Origin: a virus
Taxonomy: Duplodnaviria; Heunggongvirae; Uroviricota; Caudoviricetes
Strand: one strand, 5' to 3'
IMG/VR virus record: IMGVR_UViG_2609460218_000018
Span: 1-42,196 of that record
Length of the DNA: 42,196 bases
Shown: positions 1 to 7,827 of the stretch, one piece after another
How positions within the stretch are numbered: position 1 is the stretch's first letter
Layout: each line of letters opens with the position of its first letter
Program-made: the position numbers and the translations under genes
Notes under the pieces: generated by a model
Databases searched by the model: none
Seen by the model: the letters and a program-made list of their open reading frames with translations, nothing else
Told to the model about the DNA's origin: nothing

Positions 1-433
1 AGCCAGAAGCGTCCAGTTGATGCAGTCGTTGTACGACTGGATACAGTTGCAGAGGAAAACGCTGTCGAAACATGCGGAGATGGCGAAGGCGTTCGACTAT
101 ATCCTGAATCACTGGAATGCGCTGAACGAGTTCTGTCGTGACGGCTGGGTGGAAATAGACAACAACATCGGTGAAAACGCGTTACGATCGGTGGCGGTTG
201 GAAGNAAGAAAAAATTATCTCTTCTTCGGCTCAGACAAGGGGGGAGAAAGTGCGGCGATCATCTACAGTCTGCTGGTCACCTGTAAACTGAACGAAGTGG
301 AGCCGGAGAACTGGTTGCGCGAAGTGATCGTGAAGCTCAATGACTGGCCGTCAAACCGTGTGCATGAACTGCTGCCCTGGAACTGCTCAACTGTAAAATA
401 ATCCTTACGCTACGTACTTCTCGGGGCGCTTAC
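1..433 (+). mobile_element. IS66-family insertion sequence, 3' portion only (cut by window start); element end about 433
   Basis: ORFs 17..286 and 171..401 translate to the conserved C-terminal region of IS66-family transposases ([39 protein letters not shown]). About 30 bp after the stop, CTCGGGGCGCTTAC reads GTAAGCGCCCCGAG on the other strand, consistent with an IS66-type terminal inverted repeat (from memory). Confidence 0.7.
17..401 (+). pseudogene. IS66 transposase C-terminal fragment, split across two frames at an ambiguous base (N near 205)
   Basis: Two overlapping ORFs give one continuous transposase C-terminus if the N is treated as a one-base indel; the N-terminal part lies outside the window. 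Confidence 0.65.
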
Positions 434-477
434 GTTAAACTCGACCAGTCCGCTCATTGGACCGGCGATGTAAATTT

Positions 478-1005
478 TCATGCAGCCTCCCTTGTGCCGA
501 TCCGCTTTAGTTCTGCCAGCGAAACGGAAGTGATAATGTGCCGTGGTTTGATGAAAGGTCGCCAGATAAACAAAACCGATCCCTTCGGGTTGCTTTTGCG
601 CTTTCCGCCGTCAGTCACTGACACGAAGTTTATGCGTCCGTCGGTAATCAGCCGGAGTTCGTCAGCGGTCTGCATTGCTGCGCTGAACCAGCCTGTAGAA
701 ATATCCGCAGGTAGCAACATCACCACTGGCCGTCGCTGCACCTTGCACTGATCGGCGGCCTTTGCTACCAATGGTGAGATATCGGAATAGGGAGGGTTAC
801 ACCAGATTGCTCCGTATGACGTCCAATCACGATTCAGAGCGTTGTCGCGTTCGGTGAAGTAGTGGGCGCACAGAGCATTGCACTTGCTTGCGGCGGCATC
901 CAACCAGAAGCCAAACTCAATATCTAGTGCGTCGAATACCCACAATGGCGTCTGCCAGCAATCCTTTTCATCCTGTGGTGTTGTTGATCCTCCGTAGTCA
1001 GTCAT
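478..1005 (-). CDS. phage DNA N6-adenine methyltransferase (Dam-like, orphan)
   Basis: 175 aa with an NPPY catalytic motif (CNPPYSD) typical of N6-adenine methyltransferases; start codon overlaps the stop of the upstream gene; no adjacent restriction endonuclease. Confidence 0.75.
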   Translation of the reverse strand: MTDYGGSTTPQDEKDCWQTPLWVFDALDIEFGFWLDAAASKCNALCAHYFTERDNALNRDWTSYGAIWCNPPYSDISPLVAKAADQCKVQRRPVVMLLPADISTGWFSAAMQTADELRLITDGRINFVSVTDGGKRKSNPKGSVLFIWRPFIKPRHIITSVSLAELKRIGTREAA

Positions 1006-1460
1006 GAATCCTCCCGCTCCGGGTTATTTACATCCCATCCATTGCGCTCAATATTCACCTGCAGCCGCTTATCTCCGACCTCTTCGATACTCCGGCCGGT
1101 AATATCTGCTACTTCTGCGTTGGTGTAGCGCATGAGTGCAGCCAGTTCACATGCTGTCCATTCACGCATGGTTAATCCTCCGGAGCGGGCCAGTGAGTTA
1201 CGCTTGCTTCTGACTGAGTAAATGGAGCGACCGGTTGCCGTTGCTATCTCTTCCACTGAGAATCGACCGAACAGATATAGCTCGGCTGCCGTCCATGGCT
1301 TGCCGGTCATCCTGCTGATAAGTGGTGCGCCGATTCGTGATGCCTGGCGGGTGATTGCCGATTCGGAACGCTCAAGCTTTTCTGCTATTTCTGAGCGGGA
1401 CATCTTCATCCCAACCTCGTGTAGAAACAGGTTTTCAAAGGGTTGCCAAAGTTCGCTCAT
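1002..1460 (-). CDS. hypothetical protein with three tandem HTH-like repeats
   Basis: 152 aa; three similar segments (SRSEIAEKLERSESAITRQASRIG / FSVEEIATATGRSIYSVRSKRNSL / YTNAEVADITGRSIEEVGDKRLQV); translationally coupled with the methyltransferase. Confidence 0.5.
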   Translation of the reverse strand: MSELWQPFENLFLHEVGMKMSRSEIAEKLERSESAITRQASRIGAPLISRMTGKPWTAAELYLFGRFSVEEIATATGRSIYSVRSKRNSLARSGGLTMREWTACELAALMRYTNAEVADITGRSIEEVGDKRLQVNIERNGWDVNNPEREDS

Positions 1461-1468
1461 CGCGCCTC

Positions 1469-1951
1469 CTATTTGATAATCAGAGAGGGCTTTCCGAGCT
1501 TGATATGAGCTCCGGGGATATCAATTCCGGCCTCGATCTGGTGTTTAATCGCGAGCTTGTCAGGCTTGATTGTCGTTTCATACTCGACAAAATCAGGAGG
1601 AATGGCGTTAACATCAGTGATTTCAACAGACTTTGACGGGGCTCTAACAGTTACCTGATGCAATCCTGCCTTCATGGATTTCTTCCCGGCAGTTTCAAGT
1701 GATCTTGCGACATACTCTTTAAGGCTTACTACGCGATTCTCAGATGCTTTTGATCTCTCGATAAGTCGTCGAGCCTCTTCCTTGAGCACCTCGGCATAGG
1801 CGAGTTCGTTTTTGCACACGGCAAGTATTTGCTCGACCTTTGCCTCAAGCTCCCACTCAATTCCATCAAGAGTGTCAGCGATCATTTCAGGCGGCATGTC
1901 TGAATCGGTAAGTTTGGCAAAGTCGTTAGCGATCTGGTAAAGAGCGGTCAT
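1469..1951 (-). CDS. Gp157-like protein (siphovirus Gp157 family), recombination-module associated
   Basis: 160 aa acidic protein immediately downstream of RecT with stop/start overlap; composition and context fit the Gp157 family (memory-based). Confidence 0.55.
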   Translation of the reverse strand: MTALYQIANDFAKLTDSDMPPEMIADTLDGIEWELEAKVEQILAVCKNELAYAEVLKEEARRLIERSKASENRVVSLKEYVARSLETAGKKSMKAGLHQVTVRAPSKSVEITDVNAIPPDFVEYETTIKPDKLAIKHQIEAGIDIPGAHIKLGKPSLIIK

Positions 1952-2844
1952 TATGCGGCCTCCTCAAATTTGATTTTGCATTCTGAATAAATGGCCTGAA
2001 TGTTTTGCTGCAACTTCATCCCGGCAGTGAGTCGGTACGCTTCAGCAAAATGACGCTTCAGATCTGCCATGGTTTCGGCATGCGCCATTTCTTCACACAG
2101 CGATTGCGCCTTATCCATGATTTCTTGCTGCTGCTTCTTGGCATCTTCACGAATGTCTTCCTCTGACTTGTGTGCCATAACCGGCTCATGGAAAACCCCT
2201 TCATCTTCATTGATGACGTGGATCGCGTTATCCAGACGCTCTGCGCGGGGCCAGTACTTGCTGGCTCGCTTAACAATGGTCTTACGAGCCATCTCTTCCC
2301 AGAAGTTCTTCCACGGGCCATTCTTGGCTTTACTGGTGGCTTCCGTAGCTTTGATTTCTGCCAGGCTCATTTCTTCCGTCAGGTAATCGCCATCAGCCGT
2401 TTTAACCGTGCAGTATCCACCTACAACTTCACCGCGATCGCCGAATGCGTTGTATTTGTGGGTTGGGGCGGTATCGAGTCCGTTCGATTCGTAGGTGTCA
2501 TTTGAATACACCAGTTTGCACTGTCCCCACTTAATGGAGCCGGTAGACTGCGCAAGATGCAGAAGGCCCATATAGCTGATATCAAGGCACACCATGCCGT
2601 CGCGCGGCACCAGATAAGCCAGCTTGCTTGCCGGGTTAAGAGTGATACCGATCGCCGCAACGTTGATAATGGCGTTCTGTGCGCTGGTAGGGTTTGATAG
2701 CGCCGTCTTGGCTAAGTAGTCGTTACGTTGGAAGTACTGAATAGCGAACTGGCTTTCCTTGGCCCACGTTACTGACTGGTCTGTAACCGCCCCAACAAAG
2801 AGCGGCTCTTGCTGTTTAACGAACTCAACAATGCTCATGCTCAT
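1951..2844 (-). CDS. recT: RecT-family single-strand annealing recombinase
   Basis: 297 aa; RecT/Bet-like sequence (LNPASKLAYLVPRDG, VKTADGDYLTEEMSLAEIK, KNGPWKNFWEEMARKTIVKR); located in the early-left operon. Confidence 0.85.
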   Translation of the reverse strand: MSMSIVEFVKQQEPLFVGAVTDQSVTWAKESQFAIQYFQRNDYLAKTALSNPTSAQNAIINVAAIGITLNPASKLAYLVPRDGMVCLDISYMGLLHLAQSTGSIKWGQCKLVYSNDTYESNGLDTAPTHKYNAFGDRGEVVGGYCTVKTADGDYLTEEMSLAEIKATEATSKAKNGPWKNFWEEMARKTIVKRASKYWPRAERLDNAIHVINEDEGVFHEPVMAHKSEEDIREDAKKQQQEIMDKAQSLCEEMAHAETMADLKRHFAEAYRLTAGMKLQQNIQAIYSECKIKFEEAA

Positions 2845-2846
2845 CG

Positions 2847-3260
2847 TTACTGTCCCTCATCAATATCTATTTGGTGGCGAGCAAATGTCTCTGCCATAAA
2901 ACGAAAGTATTCAGCGGTCATTTCCTGAAACTCGACGTCATCATCGAATGCTCTTGAAATGGCCTTCTTGCTGGCCCCGCGACGTTGCAACTCGTCAACG
3001 CACAACGATTCCAGTTTGCTCTGCGGGAATCCTTTCTCAATGTCATCAGCCAGTTCAGATTCACGCTCTTCTCTGGCGATCTGCTGATAATGGCGCGTCC
3101 AGTTCTGCGCCTCGATACGGTCTTGAACGAGATATGCAGCCATAATCGGCTCCTGAAATTTGTTTGTGCGCTGCCCGTCTGCGATAGCCGGACGAGTAGG
3201 GGGAGTGGATTTGAAATTAGTGCTGGATAGGGTTACCGCGACCGTCGAGAAGGACGTCAA
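2847..3260 (-). CDS. hypothetical early protein (likely true start at the internal ATG near 3143 with a GGAG RBS)
   Basis: ORF in the operon series; a better RBS precedes the internal Met ([15 protein letters not shown]...). Confidence 0.4.
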   Translation of the reverse strand: MTSFSTVAVTLSSTNFKSTPPTRPAIADGQRTNKFQEPIMAAYLVQDRIEAQNWTRHYQQIAREERESELADDIEKGFPQSKLESLCVDELQRRGASKKAISRAFDDDVEFQEMTAEYFRFMAETFARHQIDIDEGQ

Positions 3261-3426
3261 TCACGCAGTCAGTGAGCCGGATAATCTCTGCATCGGTGTG
3301 CAGATACACCCATTTGCGCTCCTGAATGACTGCTGAGACGCGATANGTTCTACCTTCGTGCAATGCCATCATTCCAGGCATCACGCACTGGCGAATCATC
3401 GGCGTCGTTCCGTAATGTCCGATCAT
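3217..3426 (-). CDS. hypothetical small protein
   Basis: 69-aa ORF in the operon; contains an N; no recognisable motif. Confidence 0.3.
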   Translation of the reverse strand: MIGHYGTTPMIRQCVMPGMMALHEGRXYRVSAVIQERKWVYLHTDAEIIRLTDCVIDVLLDGRGNPIQH

Positions 3427-3854
3427 GATTTACCCTCCACCTGCTGCAATAACCCGGCAATGTGCATCTGCCAGCGGTTCATTGTGATTTTCTCGCGAGG
3501 CTTATCGACTGATGAGAGTTGCCACTCGTTGTCGTTGAGTTTTGATGCGTGGTACTGCTTTCCGTTGTGGGTGACTGTCACGAGGCCTCCCGGGCGNCGG
3601 AGCATTTCGTTTGCAAACTTATATGCAGCGCTTGCTGCATAATTAACAGCGCCATCAGAATCATTATCGATAATCGACGAATTACTAATCATTGCCTGCA
3701 TCGCTTTCGCAGCGAAGTAGTCACGCAATGTCATGCCGGGTGACGACCATAATTTTTCGTGATTTTCTTCACTTGTCGGGAAGGCTGATTCACATTCTTT
3801 GTTACTCATAATCATCTCCAGAACGTTAAATACTGCTTTCATATCTATCCACAC
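3423..3854 (-). CDS. hypothetical early protein
   Basis: 143-aa ORF whose stop overlaps the next start; contains an N. Confidence 0.4.
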   Translation of the reverse strand: MWIDMKAVFNVLEMIMSNKECESAFPTSEENHEKLWSSPGMTLRDYFAAKAMQAMISNSSIIDNDSDGAVNYAASAAYKFANEMLXRPGGLVTVTHNGKQYHASKLNDNEWQLSSVDKPREKITMNRWQMHIAGLLQQVEGKS

Positions 3855-3872
3855 TCATTGAATGCGGAGAGA

Positions 3873-3894
3873 TATAAAAACCCGCCGGAGCGGG
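3873..3894 (-). terminator. intrinsic terminator on minus strand (hairpin CCCGC..GCGGG plus U-tract)
   Basis: Plus strand reads tataaaaaCCCGCcggaGCGGG; on the minus strand this is a GC hairpin followed by UUUUUAUA, directly after the 3895..4119 gene. Confidence 0.5.
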
Positions 3895-4119
3895 TCATGA
3901 CACTTTCTTTAGTGCTGATGGACGTGGATAGTAAAACTTTGTTTTCGCATTTGATCCTTCCTTCGGTTCAACTCTTACGGTGTACCGCGTTTCTTTTGGG
4001 TGTTTCCACACTTTTGTAATAACACCAGTCTTCGTCTTCCAGAAGCCCGCGGCCTGGCTTGACCACGTAACAACATCTCCTTCCTTAAACTCCATCCTCT
4101 TACCCTCTGTAGTTACCAA
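3895..4119 (-). CDS. hypothetical small basic protein
   Basis: 74-aa ORF followed by a minus-strand hairpin terminator. Confidence 0.4.
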   Translation of the reverse strand: MVTTEGKRMEFKEGDVVTWSSQAAGFWKTKTGVITKVWKHPKETRYTVRVEPKEGSNAKTKFYYPRPSALKKVS

Positions 4120-4146
4120 TAAAAAGGCCGCCAGTTAGGCAGCCTG

Positions 4147-4320
4147 TTAATATCCTGAATATTCACGAAGAGCTTCGATAATCTCCTCGCAGTCGATAAG
4201 CAATTCATCAGGATCATCATCTCGCTCCTTAAGAGCTTCAATGTTTCCCGCTAACTGTCGAAGCATTGTCTGCTGCCACTCGGGATCGAAACTATCTGGT
4301 ATTTCAATATCCATCGCCAT
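4147..4320 (-). CDS. hypothetical small acidic protein (57 aa, below ORF-track cutoff)
   Basis: Hand-translated MAMDIEIPDSFDPEWQQTMLRQLAGNIEALKERDDDPDELLIDCEEIIEALREYSGY; fills the gap between flanking genes. Confidence 0.25.
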   Translation of the reverse strand: MAMDIEIPDSFDPEWQQTMLRQLAGNIEALKERDDDPDELLIDCEEIIEALREYSGY

Positions 4321-4591
4321 TAACCTCTGTATTACCCGTAAAACCTAACCTTGTGAAAAACTCAAGACCGGACTGATATGCATCGATCAACTCTATTGAA
4401 TCTGGTTGTGATCTCATCTCATGAGACCATTGTTTTTGCTCTTCAATCCCGCGCTTTAGCTTTCCTACTACGACCCGCTCGATATACTCACGACGGCTTT
4501 CGAGAAGCTCTGGCGATGCTTGCGTCATGTAGAAATTAAGCTGCTCAATCATTTCCTCACCTCTAAATAAGTGGAGTAGATTTACCGCCAT
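4304..4591 (-). CDS. hypothetical early protein
   Basis: 95-aa ORF in the leftward early operon. Confidence 0.35.
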   Translation of the reverse strand: MAVNLLHLFRGEEMIEQLNFYMTQASPELLESRREYIERVVVGKLKRGIEEQKQWSHEMRSQPDSIELIDAYQSGLEFFTRLGFTGNTEVNGDGY

Positions 4592-4763
4592 ACCCTCGCA
4601 AAGATATGCGGGTAAATCTGTAAACCCCCGACTATGCCGGGGGAGTACACCGCAAGCGCTATAATTAAGCGCCGGGCCGATCAGGTTTGATTAACTCAGG
4701 TGTAATGATGTGCGCCGTCGCATATGCTCTCCTTTGTTGTGTGGGTTGATGAATTTGAATTCG

Positions 4764-4994
4764 TTAACGCGCTGTAATCTGCCCGGATTTACGATGACCT
4801 GCGGCGAATATTGCAACTTCTGGCAAACACGCAGATCCGCCTGCATTGCTGTCACGCAGACTACCGAGCGAAGTGGCGCGGTCTACTCGTGACGGACATC
4901 CGCTAAGAATTTCACCAATGCGATTTGCGAAGTGTTTCTCAGCTGCTTTCTTTGCGTTAAACGCCGCAAGGCGACGAGCCTGATTTCTGTTCAT
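4764..4994 (-). CDS. N: N-like transcription antiterminator
   Basis: 76 aa with an arginine-rich N-terminus (NRNQARRLAAFNAKKAAEKH) like the RNA-binding motif of lambdoid N proteins; C-terminus (AAGHRKSGQITAR) resembles P22 gene 24 as I remember it; first gene downstream of the nutL-like site. Confidence 0.6.
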   Translation of the reverse strand: MNRNQARRLAAFNAKKAAEKHFANRIGEILSGCPSRVDRATSLGSLRDSNAGGSACLPEVAIFAAGHRKSGQITAR

Positions 4995-5097
4995 GATTAT
5001 TCCCCTTGTGAGTTCTTTGGTGGTGTGGCGGTCGGCGCTTATCTTCGACTTGTCTCAATGGACTGCACTTCACCACACCCCGAAGAACTCTCTCCGG

Positions 5098-5131
5098 CCT
5101 CAGATTCTGAGGATTAAATTGTTAATGAGCA
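5098..5131 (-). promoter_or_regulatory. nutL-like site: boxB hairpin CCUCA-GAAUC-UGAGG with degenerate boxA about 10 nt upstream
   Basis: Minus strand reads CCTCAGAATCTGAGG (5-bp stem, 5-nt loop), nearly identical to the nutR-like boxB on the other side of the switch. Confidence 0.55.
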
Positions 5132-5204
5132 GCCTGACTTCATGTCTGGCGCGGCGGGTTATTCTGATTGCCGCATCGATGTTTCGTTTCGATGGGGTAA
5201 CTAT

Positions 5205-5275
5205 AAAACTATGGTTGTATCACTGTCAACAACTAGGGTTGTAATATTTTATGGATTGGTTGTTTTGTGGTTGTA
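5205..5275 (-). promoter_or_regulatory. OL/PL-like operator-promoter region (GGTTGT/ACAACC half-site repeats)
   Basis: Several copies of GGTTGT and ACAAC (atggttgt, caacaactagggttgtaa, ttggttgt, gtggttgtaa), the same half-site as the operators between cI and cro. Confidence 0.45.
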
Positions 5276-5304
5276 ATTTAAAGGAAAATAATTTTATTGA
5301 GGTA

Positions 5305-5330
5305 ATNAAAAAAGCCCCATGAAGGGGCTT
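5305..5330 (-). terminator. intrinsic terminator downstream of cI (minus strand)
   Basis: aaaaaaGCCCCatgaaGGGGCttt; on the minus strand a GC hairpin followed by a U-run. Confidence 0.55.
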
Positions 5331-5349
5331 TAGAATGGAAAAATTTCTT

Positions 5350-6075
5350 TTACCAAAGTGTCGATGACCAGAAAACGCGACCTATTACTTCTACGCTTCC
5401 TATCTCTGCTTCTTCATCGGGCCATTCTGCAGAGTTATAACTACGAATGGTTAACGTTTCTGGTCCAGTTCTGTACAAAAGTTTTAGGCGCTTCCAGCCG
5501 CCCTGGTTTATTGCATACAGCTTGCCATCGACAATCTTTTTATCGTTGCAGTTTACAGCTACTGTTGTTCCTTCCGGGATCACCGGCTCCATGCTATTCC
5601 CATGAGCAGGAAAGCAAAGAACGCCAGATCCATCAGAATTGATGCCTTTGCGTCTTAATGTTGACTTAGAAAAACGAAGCATAAATCCGTTGTAGTCCTC
5701 ATCAGAGAAGCTTCCGTCACCACACGCAAATTCAATATCTTTGAGGAATGGCACTTCCACTTCATCACCGCTAAGAGGGGTTTCATTGTCCCACGGTTCA
5801 ACGGGCTTCCAATCCATTTCTGGAGGAATATCTGAATCAGGATGATGTGGTGTACTTCCATCACCCTTCATCGGCCCAACTTCCTCTGCGAGCCATTCAG
5901 GGCGCACACCTAAAGCTCGAGAGATCTCGATAATCTTAGTTGAGCTTTTGGCGTTCCCAGACGTTAGCTTTTGAATTGCGGCTTGGCTCACACCAGCCAA
6001 CTTAGCCAGGTTCATCTGAGTCATGCCAGCTTCGCGCATGGCAACTTTTAAGCGTTCTGCAAGTGTCATTTTCAT
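5350..6075 (-). CDS. cI: CI-type repressor, HTH plus S24 (LexA-like) autopeptidase domain
   Basis: ORF 5350..6240 trimmed to the internal start MKMTLAERLK... (about 6075): N-terminal HTH (MTQMNLAKLAGVSQAAIQKL), C-terminal S24 motifs (GNSMEP, GGWKRLK); divergent from cro. Confidence 0.85.
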   Translation of the reverse strand: MKMTLAERLKVAMREAGMTQMNLAKLAGVSQAAIQKLTSGNAKSSTKIIEISRALGVRPEWLAEEVGPMKGDGSTPHHPDSDIPPEMDWKPVEPWDNETPLSGDEVEVPFLKDIEFACGDGSFSDEDYNGFMLRFSKSTLRRKGINSDGSGVLCFPAHGNSMEPVIPEGTTVAVNCNDKKIVDGKLYAINQGGWKRLKLLYRTGPETLTIRSYNSAEWPDEEAEIGSVEVIGRVFWSSTLW

Positions 6076-6086
6076 GCCGTGAAAAT

Positions 6087-6145
6087 ACAACCTAGGTTTT
6101 GTTAGGTCAAACAACCAAAGTGGTTGCAAAATAACAACCAAGGTT
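6087..6145. promoter_or_regulatory. OR operator region: three palindromic operators of ACAACC-N-GGTTGT type, with divergent PRM/PR
   Basis: AACCTAGGTT (~6089-6098), AACCAAAGTGGTT (~6113-6125) and AACCAAGGTT (~6136-6145), spaced about 24 bp apart between cI and cro. Confidence 0.65.
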
Positions 6146-6181
6146 TTATATTGTTTAACAGGATACAACGGAGGTGGTTTT

Positions 6182-6409
6182 ATGAATCCTGTAATTAAAA
6201 CCGCCATTGCCATTGTCGGCACGCAGAAGGAATTAGCCAAAGCGTGCGGAGTTAGTCAGGCAGCTGTTCAGAAATGGCTGCACGGCAAGGCAAAGGTGGC
6301 CCCACAAAATGTTGCATCCCTTGTTGATGCAACTGGAGGGAAGGTTAAGGCGTATCAGATACGACCAGACCTTCCAGGCTTGTTCCCAAATCCGGAAAAA
6401 GCCGCTTAG
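6182..6409 (+). CDS. cro: Cro-like HTH repressor
   Basis: 75 aa, HTH (QKELAKACGVSQAAVQKWLHG), GGAGG RBS, divergent from cI. Confidence 0.75.
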   Translation: MNPVIKTAIAIVGTQKELAKACGVSQAAVQKWLHGKAKVAPQNVASLVDATGGKVKAYQIRPDLPGLFPNPEKAA

Positions 6410-6416
6410 TAATACC

Positions 6417-6449
6417 GCTCTTTAAAAATCAGCCCCTCAGAAGCTGAGG
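6417..6449 (+). promoter_or_regulatory. nutR-like site: boxA CGCTCTTTA and boxB CCUCA-GAAGC-UGAGG
   Basis: CGCTCTTTA about 9 nt upstream of a 5-bp stem with GAAGC pentaloop, just downstream of cro; matches the lambda boxA consensus (CGCTCTTA) and the boxB stem-loop architecture. Confidence 0.6.
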
Positions 6450-6518
6450 AAAACTACAAAAGCGCATCGAAAGGTGCGCACGTATTTAACTATTTCAACA
6501 CCAAAGGAATTTTACTCT

Positions 6519-6842
6519 ATGGAAAACTCAATTAACCGCAACAAGGTCAATGCCCGTCGCATTGAGTCCTGGTTGCTAAACCGTATCGCCATGAAAGGTG
6601 GAAGCAACGTAGCTAAAGAGATCGGCGTCGATAAAGCGCAGATAACCCGCTGGAAAGAAAGCTGGCTGCCGAAGATGGCAATGCTGCTGGCAGTTCTGGA
6701 ATGGGGTGTCGTTGATGACGATATCGCAAGAGTTTCAAAGCAAGTTGCTCTCTACCTTGAAGAGAACATTTTGACGAACGTCAGAAAGAAAAAATCCCCG
6801 GCTGCAACCGAGGATTCAGATCAAATCACCATGCAATTCTGA
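6519..6842 (+). CDS. cII: CII-like transcriptional activator
   Basis: ORF 6474..6842 trimmed to MENSINRN...; strong resemblance to lambda CII (RIESWLLNRIAMKGG, VGVDKAQITRWKESWLPKMAMLLAVLEWGVVDDD). Confidence 0.85.
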   Translation: MENSINRNKVNARRIESWLLNRIAMKGGSNVAKEIGVDKAQITRWKESWLPKMAMLLAVLEWGVVDDDIARVSKQVALYLEENILTNVRKKKSPAATEDSDQITMQF

Positions 6843-6875
6843 GACGAATAACTGGATCAATTCACAGGAGTAATT

Positions 6876-7022
6876 ATGCCTAAGAAAACTCGTTTTTACC
6901 AGGTGTCAGTACACAAAAATATTACTCGTGACCGGTTCATCAAATCATGTAACCCGGCTGTCGGCGTAAAGCTGAGAGCCATTCTGGAAGAATTAAAGCG
7001 TAAGGAGAACGGTCATGAGTAA
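6876..7022 (+). CDS. hypothetical small protein (48 aa, below ORF-track cutoff)
   Basis: AGGAG RBS then ATG; [48 protein letters not shown]; ends overlapping the O-like gene start. Confidence 0.3.
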   Translation: MPKKTRFYQVSVHKNITRDRFIKSCNPAVGVKLRAILEELKRKENGHE

Positions 7023-7827
7023 CCTCGCAACAGTTACACCAATCAGGCCGATTCTGGCGGCCGTGGAGCGTCAGGTGGCAGATCTCGATGATGGGTATAC
7101 CCGCATCGCTAATGAGCTGCTGGAAGCGGTAATGGCTGCCGATTTAACGGCTCGCCAGCTGAAGGTTGTTCTGGCGGTGATTCGAAAAACTTACGGGTTC
7201 GGTAAAAAGTTCGACCGCATCACAAACACTCAAATAGCGATGATGACCGGCATTCACCATACGCATGTTTGCAAGGCTAAAAATGAGATGATCGCAATGA
7301 ATATTATCATTTCTAACGGTCAAACAATCGGAGTTAACAAGGTCATTTCAGAGTGGAATTTCGACATTAGCCAACTTAGCGAATCATTAGCTAAAACAGC
7401 TAATAAAACATTAGCCAACTTAGCTAATGACCATAAGCCAACTCAGCTAAACACAAAAGAAACTATTCAAAAGAAAGAAAAGAAAGAAAACACACAGTCA
7501 TCTTGCGATGACCGCGAACCGGTTAAACCTGAAAAGCGAAAACCAGTTAATTTCGACTACGACGAGTATCTGTCGGTCTATAACGAGATCGTCGGCGAGC
7601 GACTACCTCACGCTGTCGAGGCCAACGAAGAGCGCAAGCGTAAAATACGCAAACTGGTTAACTCTCTCGCTACCAAGAACATCGACGGATTCCGCGCCTA
7701 CGTGAAAGCGTTCATGGCAGCTGCAAGACCATTCCATTTCGGCGACAACGATCGCGACTGGGTAGCGAATTTTGATTATCTGCTGCGCCCTAAAGTTCTG
7801 GTGGCAATTCGTGAGGGAACACTATGA
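7015..7827 (+). CDS. O: replication initiator, lambda O-like N-terminal domain
   Basis: 270 aa; N-terminus resembles lambda O ([52 protein letters not shown]); the gene contains iteron-like repeats. Confidence 0.8.
   Translation: MSNLATVTPIRPILAAVERQVADLDDGYTRIANELLEAVMAADLTARQLKVVLAVIRKTYGFGKKFDRITNTQIAMMTGIHHTHVCKAKNEMIAMNIIISNGQTIGVNKVISEWNFDISQLSESLAKTANKTLANLANDHKPTQLNTKETIQKKEKKENTQSSCDDREPVKPEKRKPVNFDYDEYLSVYNEIVGERLPHAVEANEERKRKIRKLVNSLATKNIDGFRAYVKAFMAAARPFHFGDNDRDWVANFDYLLRPKVLVAIREGTL
7366..7452. repeat. candidate replication origin iterons inside the O-like gene, followed by an A-rich tract
   Basis: ATTAGCCAACTTAGC appears twice (~7366 and ~7409) with variants (ATTAGCTAAAACAGCTAAT, AAGCCAACTCAGCTAA), then aaagaaactattcaaaagaaagaaaagaaagaaaa. 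Confidence 0.5.

Noticed and set aside
494-751. Plus-strand ORF (85 aa) inside the methyltransferase gene, and similar antisense or out-of-frame ORFs throughout (e.g. 1222..1476, 2058..2505, 7860..8135, 8282..9101, 16500..16955, 19058..19806, 23437..24053, 24307..25122, 25694..26203, 28680..29679, 31487..31831)
   Set aside because: They lie wholly within longer ORFs that carry recognisable domains and operon-style start/stop coupling, and have no RBS or motif of their own; treated as shadow ORFs.
6450-6518. Hairpin GCGCA..TGCGC between nutR and cII as an intrinsic tR1 terminator
   Set aside because: Short stem with an 8-nt loop and no U-tract; any termination here is more likely Rho-dependent, as for lambda tR1.
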